Position numbers and translations under genes: made by a program. Below the pieces are notes generated by a model, which was given only the letters and a program-made list of their open reading frames with translations, had not been told where the DNA came from and did no database searches. A stretch of 64,000 bases of DNA from Tubulanus polymorphus. Taxonomy: Eukaryota > Animalia > Nemertea. Position 1 is the first letter of the stretch. Each line of letters begins with the position of its first letter. The stretch covers positions 7,924,275-7,988,274 of the forward strand of contig NC_134032.1 of NCBI RefSeq assembly GCF_964204645.1. Direction: 5' to 3'. Below, one piece after another: positions 58,958 to 64,000 of the stretch.

Positions 58958-61726
58958 ACGCGTACCTGTCAAATAAAACTTTATTGAAATTGGCTGTCAC
59001 ATGAAACCACAGAGGGCAGCACGGTACGGTTTGTAAATTAGCGGGTTCCAGTTCCACAGTGGAGTTAAGATTTGAGTTAACTCATTGAAAATGAACCAGC
59101 TTTAAATTCAGAGTTGACTCTAACCGTGGAACCGGGTACTGGTTTTTAAAAAGTGTATCATTTTCTGAATATTTATTACATTGAGGTTCAAATCACGAAA
59201 GGCGTCATCTAAAGAGGCAAAATCAAATCGATTTACCAAAGGCGAATTTATCACCAAATTAAATTTGATTTTGAGTAAAATCGTTTTTATCCTGACATGA
59301 TCAAATTTGATTTGGTCTAATTTTTTAATTTAACACGGTATCAAATTCAAATCGATAAATCATCTATAATCACCTCCAGAGGTAATTTGATATGATTTGA
59401 AGATGGTGTGATCGACTCACATATTTTTTTCGAAAAACTGATATAAATTGATGAAAACTTAAAGAGAAAACAATTCTGAATAAGAAACAACTTATTCAGA
59501 TTTTCGTCTTCACCGGTTCAATTTTCGTAACTTATTGAGAATTCATCTCCCAATAAGAAACAAGTAACTTGTTACGTGTTCCTTGCTTATTGGGAGATGA
59601 ATTCTCAATAAGTAACGGATGAACCGGTGACGAAGTTGAACCAGCAAAGACGAATATCTGAATAAGGAACAAGTTACTTGTTCCTTATTGGGAGATGAAT
59701 TCTCAATCACAAAATGGTTGAATCTATATACAAAGAGAGAAAGAGGTATCACTATAAATAGTGATAGGTATCACAAATAAACATCCAGGTGATAGGTGTC
59801 GTCAAGCCTAAACGGGCGGTCAGAATGGAGTTTTCAACTTCTTAAACTTTCAAAAGGGTTCCAGGGACGGATTTAGAGTTGGTCGAGGGTCCGACGTATC
59901 TCTGCCTTCATAATGTTGTTGATTTTTACCGGTATTGGAAGAAATTAATTCAACTTCGTTCGATACAGAGATATACCAACCATTTGTTAGAGCCCTATAT
60001 ACAATTAAATTGTAAAGATTCATTTTAAGCATCCAATTGAAGACTGATCTCAGACCAGAAATATCTGACGACATGGTTGAATCTATATCCACAGAGTGGT
60101 CAGACCTCCCGGCCTTTTCTGAATCGGTTTCTTTCCAGCAGAACTTCCTAAATCTCAGGGCTGAGCAAAGGCAGACCTAAGCGGCCCGCAGGCCCCCTAT
60201 TTTTGTCAAGAAAAAATTTTCACCAACTGGCTAATGGATTTTATTGTGCCGGTCATTACGAAATGGCACATGTTGGAAAGGTCGGTTTGATGTTGCAATA
60301 AACCGCTCGGCGAACGGTTTATAGTCGGTTTACGCAAACCGTTTAGGTTTACGCCTAAACGAAGACGTCGGCTTATGACCAAAGATGATTGCAATCCGAT
60401 TTTCAAACAAATACGCCTGTTTCGTAAAAAACAATTCAAATTAATTTAATGTGTCCTTCGTTGCTCCGTAATGATAAAAATGATTAGACCAAAGAGAGCC
60501 AAAAAGAACACAAGAAAAAATACAATTTTACATCGATGTAACAATGTAGAAATTTACATTCATCATCAGTTAACATCCCTAGTGTTATTATACCGGTTCT
60601 AATGGATTTAATAAAGTTTTTGTTTCTAGATTCTAACCGACATTTCTTTCGAAATATAAAGCCGTGTTGTAAGGCATAACAGGCGATAATATTTTTTTAG
60701 GTGCACAGAAAAAAAACGGAACATGCGTGGTTTGTAAATAAGCTTGTAAAAGTAATAATAATTCAAGGCGCTGACAGTGGAAGGAACCAAATTGAAAAAA
60801 ATATTTACATGAATCGTCGCCGCTTGTTTACCATGCCGCATGACAATGCCGAATATCATACCAGATTTAAATAATGATACCACGGTCGTTTTCAGTACTT
60901 GCGTATGATTTCAATAGATTTATTGATATATTTAAATTCAAGCGGGAAAATCATGTTGCTGTTGCGCCAATCGAGCATGGCTAATTTGCCGTTTGAATCG
61001 AGAGCGTCGAGGGCGGGGCGATTTCCCAATTTCGCACGAATCTACTTAACAAGATTCCGATGCAGTTTCAGATCCTTTTGATGCGAAGTACATTCATTAC
61101 TTTCTTACTACTCGGTGTGTTGGATATAACCGGTCTCGCCTCTCAATGGTTATCATAACAACATTTAGAATACGCCATAATTCGCTCAACTATTTAACGT
61201 AGGATCGGTTTGTGTGGGCATGCACGGCAAATCTGTTCTTTTTCTACAAGTCAAAAATATTTTCCATTAGGCTTAATTTGTAATTGAACGCACGTACATT
61301 CATCGACTTTTGATTACGTTGGCCGAGAGTTAAAACATTTCTAGCAGAATCAAATCGTGTCTTGCAGTTTTATTCGCATGAAAAAATACCCCAATTTATT
61401 CTGCTAATGGTAAGTAATGGATGCGAGACCTGGATCAATTATTACTAAAAGTTTTGCCAAGACGTGAATTCTGGGTTCCGAAATAATCATGAATGTAACT
61501 TGAGTGTTTATTGGCTCAATACAGTTGTTTTGCAACCGCGTAGCAAATTTCCTTGAACAAACAACACAACGAACAGATGTAATTTCACGAATTAGCAGCA
61601 GAAAATCATCCTTACCTGATAAAAATACATTTCATTGATGTAAGAATTATGATTATCGTAACAGAGTTACTGTTTGATTTTGAATGCTGCTTCGAAGGCT
61701 TGAAAAGCAATGAATCCGATCTTCCC

Positions 61727-62065
61727 CATCCTCTCTCGGCAGGGATTCGAACCTGATGGCATCGCTACACTCAATCACCGCACGACGAACCCCAGCTTCA
61801 GTAGACCGGGTGCGCAGGTACATGGGCAGCTTTGCCGCGCGAAAACTTCTGGCACCAATCAGATTGCTCGTTGTACAATCTCGCTGAGGCAAATTTTACG
61901 GAAGAACTATAGATGAGAAAACACGGGCTAAATTAAACAAAACGGGATTTCTGATTGACAAATAACGACATCACCTAAGCTGCGCACTCGGTCTATAGTG
62001 TGGCAGGGTTTCGTGTCGTGGCAATCGCGATGCCACCAGGTTCGAATTCCTGCCGGCGGAGGATG
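61727..62065. mobile_element. CATCCTC..GAGGATG family MITE with 8-bp TSD
   Basis: TIR CATCCTC..CGGCAGGGATTCGAACCTGATGGCATCGC / GCGATGCCACCAGGTTCGAATTCCTGCCG..GAGGATG with TSD ATCTTCCC. Confidence 0.85.
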
Positions 62066-62876
62066 ATCTTCCCCTAGGCCCTCCCTTAACTGGACCGGCA
62101 TCAAGCTTTCTAGCTCAAAGCTCCTAGTCTAACTTTTTTTAAATAGAACAATGCTTTAAATTGACTTTTTTATAGAGCTCACATAAATGTACCACACATC
62201 GCACAACGACGACACCAAGATTAATGTTTTCCATTGTTCAGCCTGGTCCTAAATCCTCAACGACGACAACGATGCACGGTTCCAATACGCTCATTTATTC
62301 ACAATCTGAGTACCATAATGCTTAAACGAGTAAGCGAATGAGTAAGCGAATAAGGTTTGCTACAAAGGTAAAAAATACTACATTTAGACAACAACGATCA
62401 AAAACAGGCCAAACTTTAGTTTGAAATTCAGCAAATCTAAATCGATGTAAATACTTACAATAGCTGTGCCGTACAAGGGGGTACATAGAACCAGACTGAC
62501 GCCTAGCCTAGAATTCACAGGTTTAAATACAGTGCTGGTCATAAGCGCGAAAAAATGTTTAAGTTCGCGTAATAAATAACAATTGCAGGATTTAATACGC
62601 TTCGAATACAGTAAAATCTCACTACAGAGCGTTGAATACATGATACAAATAGCTAAAGAAATACAATAAATCGACATATCTATATGAAATACACTAGTTT
62701 CCAACATCCATTTGTTTCAAATTGAAACGTACGTGCACTCATTTGAAGAAGAATTAGATCCGAGCTTGATGTCGCGAAGAAATCAGCTTATAAAAAGTGG
62801 AACACATGTTCACCATTATATAAGACACTTCATCCGTGACAATAATATATAGAGAATCCCACAATAATAACGAAAA

Positions 62877-63175
62877 AAATACAGCGAAGCAGCGATGATG
62901 GGTTTTCTGACAAGGCATGCGGCCAAAATTAAAGGAATTATAGAAAATAGAAATATATTTGTGGGATATGAACTTGATGTGGCAACTTCAGAAATGAAAA
63001 TAAATTGCCGGGGATTCGAACCAGATATAACTGAAGAAAATGAAAAAGTGTCACTGAAGTAAACGGATATAAAAGGAGATAAAATTCAAGTGACGAAAAA
63101 AATATGGAAAATATGTAATGATAATAATCAACAAAATTACAAAAGGGTTTTCGACGAGAGTCAGAAAACCATAAT
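62877..63175 (-). mobile_element. HINE-like family A, diverged copy 3
   Basis: Ends gcagcgatgatgggttttctg ... gggttttcgacgagagtcagaaaacc match copies 1 and 2, with a different interior. Confidence 0.65.
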
Positions 63176-63609
63176 TAAGTCCGAAAATTCCTCGCAAAGG
63201 TATGCAACGGACTTAATCATTACGCGATTCGCTTTATATTGTTGAATACATACTGTGTACATAAACTTTGAAGCCGAATGATCGAAAACATATGGCGATT
63301 CATCTCTGACACCGAGGCAATTTTTTGCGCAGTTCGATTTTTGCAATTTTTATTGAATGGTAACTGCAATCAATGGTCATGTATCAATTACTATAAAAAA
63401 TGAGGAGCGAATGATTTTGTTCATAGCGTTAAGTCTTCGGGCACGTGCGAGTGCATATAAACGGTTTAACTTTTTTGACATTGTATAACATACACTACTA
63501 TGATTTACAGTGTATTTGTATCCTACAAGTAGATCATAATCTGCGCTATTTTACTAGAACCATATAAGCCACGTCCAAAGTATGTGATTTCTGTTAGCTA
63601 ATAATTGAA

Positions 63610-63614
<5 letters not shown>

Positions 63615-63682
<68 letters not shown>
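63615..63682. repeat. (TA)n microsatellite, about 34 units
   Basis: Pure TA run. Confidence 0.97.
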
Positions 63683-63686
<4 letters not shown>

Positions 63687-64000
63687 TCAAAGTGAATCAC
63701 GTAGTGCTATGAGTTCTGAAGGAATTTCGTAATAGACGCTGATCGTGATGGTTCAATATATTTGTGCACGATCAGCATCTCTGATATGGAATTAAGTAAC
63801 TGCAAGAGTCTTGCGTCACCGTCGTATTGTTTACTTTGATTATTTCGGTTTCATTCCGTATTTACATTATAAGTAAATGATCGTTTCTGTAATTAAATCA
63901 TCGCCCCGATTGAGCTACGTTATTAAGCGTACGTACATAATATTGATCATATTTATACACGTCATGACACAAACATGAAATCAAAACCCGAACCTAATCA

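Overview
Eukaryotic (animal, probably marine invertebrate) AT-rich genomic DNA with spliceosomal introns. Most ORFs in the supplied track are spurious or partial exons. Three intron-containing genes can be assembled by hand with GT-AG junctions and consistent phase. (1) ADI1 acireductone dioxygenase: minus strand, 4 exons, 24533->17602, 177 aa. (2) A C8orf34/VEST1-like gene: plus strand, 16 coding exons, 25119->43161, about 508 aa, head-to-head with ADI1 across 585 bp. (3) An SLC18B1/VPAT-like MFS transporter: minus strand, 14 coding exons, 58957->47771, about 586 aa. The rest is dense with mobile-element debris. It includes a palindromic Penelope-type pLTR carrying a minimal hammerhead ribozyme motif (85-326) and CR1/L2- and RTE-X-like LINE fragments. 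It also has a decayed intronless GPCR, two Helentron (HINE/DINE-1-like) families, and many MITEs: Tc1/pogo, piggyBac, PIF/Harbinger, a CAG-ended family with 5-bp TSDs, and a CAT..ATG family with B-box-containing TIRs. A nested inverted duplication (1269-6368) and several local hairpins are also present. No rRNA, intact tRNA or CRISPR array was seen. All family assignments are from motif recognition by eye, not database searches.
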